From assembly GCA_049599895.1 (NCBI GenBank), contig JBMYPC010000071.1:1-15726 (forward strand): a stretch of 15,726 nucleotides of DNA, written 5' to 3'. Below, in pieces: positions 8,087 through 15,124 of this stretch (positions within the stretch are counted from its first letter, which is position 1; every line of letters begins with the position of its first letter). A model generated the notes under the pieces. It had not been told where the DNA came from. It was given only the letters and a program-made list of their open reading frames with translations, and searched no databases. The position numbers and the translations under genes were made by a program. This DNA comes from Bacteriovoracaceae bacterium. Its GTDB lineage: Bacteria; Bdellovibrionota; Bacteriovoracia; Bacteriovoracales; Bacteriovoracaceae.

Positions 8087-8470
8087 ATGCAAAAAGAAGT
8101 TGAAGTTAAGCTTAAAAAACCATTTTATATTGCAACAAGTCTATTGATTAATGGAATCTTTCTCAGTTTCTTTGTTTCAGGAAAAACTGAGACTATAGTG
8201 TTTCTAGTGAATTACGCTGTCATTCTTCTCTATCAATACATTCTTGTGACTACGGGCAAAAATTTAGTCAACGCAGCACTTGGAGTTGGATCGAGTCAGA
8301 TTAATAAGGGCTCACTCGTTATTCTCTTTATGACGAAGTTATTCATTATCTTTTTTGCGTTAAGTTTAAGTGTACAATTCATTGGAAATAAGATAATTCT
8401 TCCTTTACTCAATTACGTTATACATTTATTTTTACTAGCTTTTGCGCTATGGGACAAAAACCATGAATAG
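8087..8470 (+). CDS. atpI: ATP synthase protein I-like four-TM membrane protein
   Basis: 127 aa, four hydrophobic helices, KLFII motif in TM3; overlaps the atpB start. Assignment rests mainly on position and topology. Confidence 0.65.
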   Translation: MQKEVEVKLKKPFYIATSLLINGIFLSFFVSGKTETIVFLVNYAVILLYQYILVTTGKNLVNAALGVGSSQINKGSLVILFMTKLFIIFFALSLSVQFIGNKIILPLLNYVIHLFLLAFALWDKNHE

Positions 8471-9263
8471 CTTGAGTTTAAAATTCATTAAACTTTCTTT
8501 GGTAGCTTTTATCGCTACTCTTTCTACTAATACTTTTGCAGCTGGTGGCTTCACATGGATTGGATCCTTAGTGGATGCTCTTCACATTCCGGTTCCAGAC
8601 TACACGATTACATTTCTTCTTATTGGACTTGTGATTGTGATTGTTGGTCTTGTTTATCAAGCGAAAGTTAAGGCTTCTTCAAATGCGGTTGTACCTGATA
8701 AAGGAATTACAATTCGTAACATTATCGAGCTCTACGGAAACTTTATCCGTAAGCAATGTAAAGAAGTTATCGGTGAAGAACACGCTGACACATATTTTCC
8801 ATTTGTGGCGACAATCTTCATCTTTATTTTCGTTTCAAACTTTATTGGATTAATCCCAGGGTTTCTTCCACCGACAGAATACCTCAACACAGCTTTAGCT
8901 CTTGGTGTATTCTCATTTGTTTATTACAACATTAAAGGTGTTAAAGAGCAGGGACTTGTAAAATACGTTGCTCACTTTGCAGGCCCTCTTTGGTATCTCG
9001 CATTTTTAATTTTCCCTATCGAAATCATTTCAAACTTTATCCGTCCTGTTTCTCTAGCACTTAGGCTTAGATCAAACATGATGGGAGACCACATCGTTCT
9101 TACAAAGTTTTCTGAAATGGTTCCACTTGGAGTTCCTATAATCTTTATGGTTTTGGGTCTTCTTGTGAGTTTTATTCAAGCATACGTTTTTACTGTCTTA
9201 TCGATGGTTTATATTAACTTAGCGATTTCTCATCACGATCATGATGAGGAACACGCACATTAG
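8463..9263 (+). CDS. atpB: F0F1 ATP synthase subunit a
   Basis: FIFIFVSNFIGLIPG, PPT, PIEIISNFIRPVSLALRL, FIQAYVFTVLSMVYI. Likely start is ATG 8463 (MNSLSL...), overlapping the atpI stop. Confidence 0.97.
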   Translation: MNSLSLKFIKLSLVAFIATLSTNTFAAGGFTWIGSLVDALHIPVPDYTITFLLIGLVIVIVGLVYQAKVKASSNAVVPDKGITIRNIIELYGNFIRKQCKEVIGEEHADTYFPFVATIFIFIFVSNFIGLIPGFLPPTEYLNTALALGVFSFVYYNIKGVKEQGLVKYVAHFAGPLWYLAFLIFPIEIISNFIRPVSLALRLRSNMMGDHIVLTKFSEMVPLGVPIIFMVLGLLVSFIQAYVFTVLSMVYINLAISHHDHDEEHAH

Positions 9264-9303
9264 AAAAGGCTTACTGGCCTAGACGCTATAAAGGAGAAAT
9301 TTT

Positions 9304-9603
9304 ATGCGTAACTTAGTTTTAGGATTTGCACTTATCGTTCCTGTACTTTTCGTAGCTGGATCTGCTTTTGCTGACGGTGGAGCACTTAGCTCTGACTCAA
9401 TGAGATACCTAGGGTATTTCTTTGCAATGGCAATTGCATCTTTTGGTGGTACTGCTGCTCAATCTCAAGCCGCTTCTACAGCTCTTGAAGGAATGGCAAG
9501 AAACCCAAGTGCTGCTGATAAGCTTTTTGTTCCAATGATTCTTGGTCTTGCACTTATGGAATCACTTGTGATCTTTGTTCTTATCACAGTTTTCCTAGTT
9601 TAA
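9304..9603 (+). CDS. atpE: F0F1 ATP synthase subunit c
   Basis: ARNP loop and LALMESLVIF with the ion-binding Glu86; AAGGAG SD at 9291-9296. Confidence 0.97.
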   Translation: MRNLVLGFALIVPVLFVAGSAFADGGALSSDSMRYLGYFFAMAIASFGGTAAQSQAASTALEGMARNPSAADKLFVPMILGLALMESLVIFVLITVFLV

Positions 9604-9677
9604 CCGGTGTGCATAAAAAGTTGCCCAAAGGCAAGTTTTTGTGCATCTAGCGGAAACTAATCAAAAATGAAATATGG

Positions 9678-9705
9678 AAGGGCGGTGTTTATCCGCCCTT
9701 TTTTT
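9678..9705 (+). terminator. Rho-independent terminator of the F0 operon
   Basis: AAGGGCGG-tgtttat-CCGCCCTT followed by a T run. Confidence 0.9.
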
Positions 9706-9839
9706 ATTGGCTTTGGAGATCGTGACAGGTAGGAACGCCCTTTTCCTAGACATTCATGATGAACAGTTTTAAACATTTTTTTCACAGATCCTTCAAGGGA
9801 AATTTGTTAAGCCTTTTTCTTTTACAGGGTTGAAGCGTC

Positions 9840-9940
9840 TTGATAATTTCCCATCTCGTCTGGTTCAATGAGACCGAGCTCTTACTGCCGCTTGGGTAGT
9901 TGCAAGTGAGAGAAGTATACGGCGCATTGGAAATTGTTAA
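9840..9940 (+). ncRNA. Candidate structured RNA element (three-way junction), family unknown
   Basis: Hand-folded: P1 9840-9851/9929-9940 (12 bp, 2 G-U), P2 9855-9878, P3 9879-9912. G-U pairs favour the + strand. No recognised family motif. Confidence 0.35.
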
Positions 9941-9961
9941 CAATATGTTTAAACAGTTTGA

Positions 9962-11368
9962 TTAGAAGTTAAAGACTTGCTTTTGTTTCATTCCGCCAAA
10001 GTTGACCCAACTAAAATATTTAATGTATTCACGGACTCTCTTACTTTGGTAGCGGTCATAAAGAGTTTCGGTGAAGTCATGAAAATTCATTTCTTCAGAG
10101 TCTTTCATACAAGAGTAGATGTAATGGGCCACTTCTTCACTAATTATAAAGATAATTGCTAGGGGAGAGAGGTTGAGTGTGTTTTTTTCAAAGCCGATTC
10201 CACGATTGTTACCATGGTGTTGTTTGATAATGATTTCAATACCAAAAGGAACACGTTTAAATTTACTGATAAGCATCGCTGAATTAAGAGCATGTCTTTC
10301 AACAGATTCCTTTTCTTTTGACGTAAGTTGAGTTGAAGAGTTGAGATCAGTAGTGGTATGGATCAAAGCCTGTTCATCAGTTGTGAGAGTGATGTCGTGA
10401 AAAAAACAAACATAGGCTAAGTTTTTAATCTGCATTTTTGGGTTATTGTCTGAGTTGAGAATAACTTGAACCCCTACGTAATAGCTTAAAAGTGAATGAA
10501 TATAGCGAAAAGAATGATTGTTCGATTTAAGGTTTGAAAGGAGTATATCAAGAGCACCACATTTTTCGACAATCTTTTGGAGAGACTTTATCCCCGCATT
10601 GGCAACCTCAGTGGTTTTATGATCAACGCCCATATTAAGGGCCATATCTCTTACCATCTCTTGAGTATTGCTTGTGAGAGTGATTCGATCTTCCAGTGGT
10701 AGCTCATCGCTTTCAAGCGCCTTTACAACCGCCTCAACTGCTTGGTGAGAGAACTTTACACGGTCTTCGCTGGCGACGTAAAAATAACTTTTATCATTAT
10801 ATCTATTTGGGGCCAGGTCATTGAGTTGTTCACGTGTGAACATCTGTCCTTTATAAAGGATCTTTACATCTTCCCCATCTTTCTTTGTCCAGACATCCAT
10901 ATTGTAATAAATCTCAGGAGCGAAAAGACTCGTTCTTAATGGGATAAGGGGATCCATTTCAAGTGATGCAAGATCATGGGCAGTGATCTCAACAATTTTT
11001 GCAATCTTTGAAACCAGAGATTTAATATCAAAACTATCTTTAATAAAATGAACTTTCTCGCCTTGATTTCGACTTTCTTTACCAAGAATAAAGAAATGGG
11101 CTTCGGGTGAAAATGTTTGGACTCTTCTCACAAGGCCATCAACGTAATCATAGTTTTCTAAAAGTTGATCGCTAAAAGTATGACCATCAAAATGTCTAGT
11201 CAGAATTAACAGTTCATATTGTTCACGGTTTTGAATAATCTTATCGAGATCTTTCACGCTCGAAGCAACGTCTGAATCGCAGTTTGCGAAAATCTTGATA
11301 TTGATTTGGTAGAGATCGGAAATTGTCTTGTCACTACAGAGCACGAGAACTTTTTTCATAAGTAGCAT
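9962..11368 (-). CDS. Degenerate receiver-like domain plus HD/HD-GYP-like domain protein
   Basis: N-terminus KKVLVL...YELLIL is REC-like. C-terminus has YIHS, CFFHDI, ERHA and IIKQHHGNNRGIGF (HHE...GxGYP-like). Start may be ATG 11359. Confidence 0.75.
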   Translation of the reverse strand: MLLMKKVLVLCSDKTISDLYQINIKIFANCDSDVASSVKDLDKIIQNREQYELLILTRHFDGHTFSDQLLENYDYVDGLVRRVQTFSPEAHFFILGKESRNQGEKVHFIKDSFDIKSLVSKIAKIVEITAHDLASLEMDPLIPLRTSLFAPEIYYNMDVWTKKDGEDVKILYKGQMFTREQLNDLAPNRYNDKSYFYVASEDRVKFSHQAVEAVVKALESDELPLEDRITLTSNTQEMVRDMALNMGVDHKTTEVANAGIKSLQKIVEKCGALDILLSNLKSNNHSFRYIHSLLSYYVGVQVILNSDNNPKMQIKNLAYVCFFHDITLTTDEQALIHTTTDLNSSTQLTSKEKESVERHALNSAMLISKFKRVPFGIEIIIKQHHGNNRGIGFEKNTLNLSPLAIIFIISEEVAHYIYSCMKDSEEMNFHDFTETLYDRYQSKRVREYIKYFSWVNFGGMKQKQVFNF

Positions 11369-11562
11369 TATACCGGCTTTAGTAAATTTAGGTATTTGAA
11401 ATATTTTTCGTCAAACAATAAGAAGGTCTTATTAATTTCAAGCACTTAGAAAGGTGTTAGTATCCCAAGAGCTCCTTATATTTTACTCTGATATCTAATA
11501 TAAAGAAAAATTAAGGTTTAGAATCAAAGAGTAATGATGAGCTAGTGGAAACGATCTTAGGT

Positions 11563-11688
11563 ATGAAAACCCTAGATGAGTTTTATGATATGGATCTTGA
11601 TTATGTAAAACAAGGTCTTGATGCTTCAAAACTAAGCAAAGAGATAAAAAAAGAGGTTCTTGAACGTGTCGCCAAAGAATTTCAGTGA
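11563..11688 (+). CDS. Small 41-aa helical ORF, or 3' remnant of a decayed gene
   Basis: ATG 11563 to TGA 11688 gives MKTLDEFYDMDLDYVKQGLDASKLSKEIKKEVLERVAKEFQ. Frame is open upstream to TAA 11512-11514; codon usage looks gene-like. Confidence 0.4.
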   Translation: MKTLDEFYDMDLDYVKQGLDASKLSKEIKKEVLERVAKEFQ

Positions 11689-12062
11689 GCTTGTGCTGGA
11701 AGACGGTCAAGTAAATCAGTAGATTGTTTTGACTTTCCGTCTTGAAAAACAAGCTTCTTATAATGCCAAACTCCATCTTCTTTTACCGCATCAACTAAAA
11801 GCTTTCCCTCACCCTCTGAACCTTTTAAGGTAATAACAAGAGAGGTCTTTCCAGACTTATGGCCTTCAGAGATTGAACCCGTTGGCATTAGGCCTTCACT
11901 GATTTCCGGTCCGAGGCTTTGAAGCACAATAGGATTAGACTTAGCTTTATCGACAGAGAATTTATAAACGTCATTTGATTTAAAGAGGTTAAAAAAGATG
12001 ACTGTAAGGCTTACAAATAAGCCTAATGCAGAAAAGGATATAACGTATTTTGCAGTTTTCAT
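11682..12062 (-). CDS. Cytochrome c oxidase assembly factor Coa1-family membrane protein
   Basis: Start ATG 12062 with an AGGAG SD. Single TM followed by KSNDVY...A.SNP.V..SLG..I...G.I.....G...L.I.LKGS.GEG.L.V.A.K..G.W, a pattern typical of bacterial Coa1-like proteins. Confidence 0.7.
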   Translation of the reverse strand: MKTAKYVISFSALGLFVSLTVIFFNLFKSNDVYKFSVDKAKSNPIVLQSLGPEISEGLMPTGSISEGHKSGKTSLVITLKGSEGEGKLLVDAVKEDGVWHYKKLVFQDGKSKQSTDLLDRLPAQAH

Positions 12063-12124
12063 GAAACCAACTCCTACATAAACTAGTGTAGAACCTTGTC
12101 GGTCAGGTATTGAGACAACTTTAG

Positions 12125-12142
12125 CTGGTCCCATGGGACCAG
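12125..12142. promoter_or_regulatory. Perfect 18-bp palindrome, candidate operator or hairpin
   Basis: CTGGTCCCA|TGGGACCAG, extendable with TTTAGCT...AGCTAAA (12120-12149), in the divergent coa1/ribD intergenic region. Confidence 0.5.
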
Positions 12143-12208
12143 AGCTAAAACTCTTTATAATCGGACACTTAGCGGTGCTCTTGTCTTATCAAGCTTTAAC
12201 GGATAAGC

Positions 12209-13249
12209 ATGCTTATGGACTTTGATAGACGTTACATTCAGCGGACTTTTGAGCTAGCGAAAAAAGCCAACCACAATGCTCAACCCAATCCTTATGTTGG
12301 AGCTGTGATTACCAAAGATGATCATGTAATTTCAGAGGGTTATCACAAAATTCGTGGTGGGCTGCACGCTGAAGCTGATGCTATTTCAAAGGTTGATCCT
12401 GGTCTTCTTGATGGGGCAACGATTTATATAAATCTCGAGCCATGTTGCCATGAAGATAAGTTAACTCCTCCCTGTGCGCAGGCCATTATTCGCCATGGAA
12501 TTAAAAGAGTGGTGATCTCTAACCGTGATCCTAATCCCAAAGTTTCTGGACAGGGGATTGAGCTTCTTAGAAAGCACAATATTGAAGTCGTTGAAGGAGT
12601 TCTTGAAACTGAAGGTGCGTGGTTAAACCGTATCTTTTTTAAAAATCAAAAAGAAAAGAAACCTTATATTTCTTTAAAATGTGCCATCACTCTTGATGGA
12701 AAGATCGCAACAGCCACAGGTGACTCAAAATGGATCACTGGTCTTGAAGCCCGAAAGTTTTCTCATAAACTTCGTGCTAACCACAAGGCCATCGCTATTG
12801 GAAGCGGAACACTTAAAAGTGATAATCCCTCACTTGATGCAAGATTAGAAGATTTTTATGGTGATCAAGCTACAGTTTTACTTTTTTCATCATCTGAAGT
12901 TTCAAAAGAGTTTAAGGTTTTTGATTCATCAATTAATCGAAAAGTTGAGGTGGTAAAAAGCCAAAACAACGCTAGCAAAGAACAGTTAGAAGAAACACTT
13001 GATAATTATTTCAAACAAGGGATTAGTTCAATATTTGTGGAAGGGGGAAGTGAGCTACTTTCAAGCTTTTTAAGGTATAAGCTATTTGATGAGCTCCATT
13101 TATTTATGGCCCCAAAAGTTCTGGGAAGTGGGAAAAGCTTTGCGAACCTAGGAGAAGCGTCTTCAATTTCTGAAGGGCTGGAACTTGAACTCAGAGAAAC
13201 TCAAAAGCTTGGAAATGATCTCTATATGAATTACTTGAGGAAGAAATAA
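12209..13249 (+). CDS. ribD: Bifunctional riboflavin deaminase/reductase
   Basis: PNPYVGAVI, HAE, LEPCCH...PPC zinc motif, TLDGKIA..SKWIT, DNPSL, FVEGG, APKVLG. Confidence 0.97.
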   Translation: MLMDFDRRYIQRTFELAKKANHNAQPNPYVGAVITKDDHVISEGYHKIRGGLHAEADAISKVDPGLLDGATIYINLEPCCHEDKLTPPCAQAIIRHGIKRVVISNRDPNPKVSGQGIELLRKHNIEVVEGVLETEGAWLNRIFFKNQKEKKPYISLKCAITLDGKIATATGDSKWITGLEARKFSHKLRANHKAIAIGSGTLKSDNPSLDARLEDFYGDQATVLLFSSSEVSKEFKVFDSSINRKVEVVKSQNNASKEQLEETLDNYFKQGISSIFVEGGSELLSSFLRYKLFDELHLFMAPKVLGSGKSFANLGEASSISEGLELELRETQKLGNDLYMNYLRKK

Positions 13250-13890
13250 TGTTTACTGGTTTAGTTAAAGAACTTGGTGAAATTAAAAAAATCACACCTA
13301 ATGCTGAAGGCATTATGCTTGAAGTTTCTTCACATGAACTAATCTCAGAAATCGGAATCGATGATTCTGTTGCAATAAATGGAACCTGCCAGACAGCTGT
13401 CAAAGTGAACACTAATAGTTTTGAAGTTCAGGCAATTCATACAACACTGGAAAAAACAACTTTTAAGAACTTTAAGGTTGGAACCAAAGTAAATCTTGAA
13501 CTTGCCTTAAGGGCAAGCGATCGCCTTGGGGGACATTTTGTTCAAGGTCATGTGAATGGCACGACAAAACTCTTAAGGGTTGAGAATACTGGAAAAAACT
13601 ATCTTTTAAGTTTTTCACTTCCAAGTAACCTCTCACGTTATTTTATTTCAGAAGGCTCGATTGCAATAGATGGAATCAGCCTCACAATAAGTCGATTGGA
13701 AGAAGATTATTTTCAAGTTTCGATCATTCCCCACACTTGGGATAATACAAATCTCTCTGGACTTAAGATTTCTGATAAAGTGAATCTTGAAGTTGATATG
13801 TTGGCAAAATATTTAGAACGACTCATTTTAAAGTCAGCCCCAGAGAGCTCAAACTTAACAAAAGAATGGATTAAATCCATGGGGTTTTAG
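13249..13890 (+). CDS. ribE: Riboflavin synthase (alpha chain; ribC in E. coli nomenclature)
   Basis: Starts [53 protein letters not shown]. Confidence 0.97.
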   Translation: MFTGLVKELGEIKKITPNAEGIMLEVSSHELISEIGIDDSVAINGTCQTAVKVNTNSFEVQAIHTTLEKTTFKNFKVGTKVNLELALRASDRLGGHFVQGHVNGTTKLLRVENTGKNYLLSFSLPSNLSRYFISEGSIAIDGISLTISRLEEDYFQVSIIPHTWDNTNLSGLKISDKVNLEVDMLAKYLERLILKSAPESSNLTKEWIKSMGF

Positions 13891-13900
13891 TGGTGAGAAT

Positions 13901-14551
13901 ATGAAAGAATTTAAAATAGCAGAAATTGAAGAAGCACTTTCCGATATCAAAAATGGAAAAATGGTCATTGTGATTGATGATGAAGATCGCGAGAACGAAG
14001 GAGACTTTGTCATGGCAGCCGAGTTTGTCACCTCAAAAGCGATTAACTTTATGGCCAAAGTGGGTCGAGGTCTTATTTGCACGCCAGTTAGCGGTAGAAT
14101 CGCTAAAAAATTTGATCTTAATTTAATGGTAAGTGAAAACACTTCATCTCATACAACGGCTTTTACTGTTTCAATTGATCATAAAGACTGCGCCACAGGA
14201 ATCTCTGCTTACGATCGTTTTCTCACCATTAAAGAACTTGCTAATCCTCTTGCGAAAGCAGAGGACTTTCTTCGTCCAGGTCATATCTTTCCATTGATTG
14301 CAAAAGACGGTGGAGTCCTTAAAAGACGAGGTCATACCGAAGCCACACTTGATCTTTTAAAGCTCTCAGGCTTAAGCGAAGTTGGAATTATTTGTGAAAT
14401 CATGAATGAGGATGGAACTATGGCAAGGGTTCCAGATCTTTTAAAACTCACTCAGAAATATGATCTAAAACTCATTACTATTGAAGATTTAAAACAATAC
14501 TTAGATAAAAAACATACTCAATTAGAGGAGCCAAATCATGAATCGTATTGA
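13901..14551 (+). CDS. ribB: 3,4-dihydroxy-2-butanone 4-phosphate synthase (monofunctional)
   Basis: [56 protein letters not shown]; ends at 216 aa with no GTP cyclohydrolase II domain. Confidence 0.95.
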   Translation: MKEFKIAEIEEALSDIKNGKMVIVIDDEDRENEGDFVMAAEFVTSKAINFMAKVGRGLICTPVSGRIAKKFDLNLMVSENTSSHTTAFTVSIDHKDCATGISAYDRFLTIKELANPLAKAEDFLRPGHIFPLIAKDGGVLKRRGHTEATLDLLKLSGLSEVGIICEIMNEDGTMARVPDLLKLTQKYDLKLITIEDLKQYLDKKHTQLEEPNHESY

Positions 14552-15005
14552 ATCAACCCTTGAGGCCAGTGGACTAAAAGTTGCGATTGTTGTCTCGAGA
14601 TTTAATAGCTTTATTACTGAGAAACTTCTTGAAGGGGCGAATGACTGTTTGAAACGTCATGGTGCTATGGAAAATGATATTGATGTATGTTGGGTTCCAG
14701 GTGCATTTGAAATTCCTCTTATTGCCAAGAAGCTCGCAAAAACTCAGAACTATCAAGCCGTTGTTTGTTTAGGCGCTGTTATTCGAGGAGCAACGACTCA
14801 TTATGATTATGTTTGTAATGAAGCCGCTAAGGGCATTTCAAATGTCGCTCTCGAAACAGAAGTTCCGACAATTTTTGGAATTGTAACCACCGACTCAATT
14901 GAACAGGCCATCGAAAGAGCTGGAACCAAAGCGGGAAATAAAGGCTGGGATGCAGCCCTTTCTGCTATTGAAATGGCCAATCTTGTAAAGAGATTTGATA
15001 GTTAG
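14538..15005 (+). CDS. ribH: 6,7-dimethyl-8-ribityllumazine synthase
   Basis: [58 protein letters not shown] at ~14525. Confidence 0.98.
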   Translation: MNRIESTLEASGLKVAIVVSRFNSFITEKLLEGANDCLKRHGAMENDIDVCWVPGAFEIPLIAKKLAKTQNYQAVVCLGAVIRGATTHYDYVCNEAAKGISNVALETEVPTIFGIVTTDSIEQAIERAGTKAGNKGWDAALSAIEMANLVKRFDS

Positions 15006-15124
15006 CAGACTTGTTCAGAGTCCAATTGATGATGAAAGTTAATGTGATAGCTCGGAATTTAGCTTTGAGAGTCGCTAAGAAACGCCTGTCATGAGGCTCA
15101 GCAAAAATGTAAAAGTTTTCCTAA

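Noticed and set aside
8442..8462. ORF-track start 8442 for atpB
   Set aside because: TTG inside atpI; ATG 8463 is coupled to the atpI stop and yields a signal-like leader.
9836..9928. glmS ribozyme-like words on the minus strand (GCGCC..ACT, GACGAG...TTATC)
   Set aside because: Lacks the A-G cleavage site context, the AGT partner before GACGAG and the TCGGCGG core; no glmS gene downstream.
9604..9960. c-di-GMP riboswitch, retron msr-msd, SRP RNA or tRNA in the atpE-HD intergenic region
   Set aside because: Diagnostic motifs not found on either strand and no reverse transcriptase nearby; 6S could not be supported by a rod-like fold by eye.
9782..9961. Open frame continuing past the HD-GYP-like stop (possible readthrough or 53-aa TTG ORF)
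   Set aside because: TAA stop, no SD, no recognisable protein features; likely chance.
12063..12134. 24-aa N-terminal extension of the Coa1-like ORF
   Set aside because: ATG 12062 has an AGGAG SD; the upstream ATG sits inside the palindrome.
12063..12208. FMN (RFN) riboswitch upstream of ribD
   Set aside because: No conserved RFN motifs such as GGGC.GGGTGAAATTCCC.ACCG.
15006..15124. nusB, a terminator or a small ORF after ribH
   Set aside because: No NusB-like frame, no convincing hairpin with U tract and no supported ORF.
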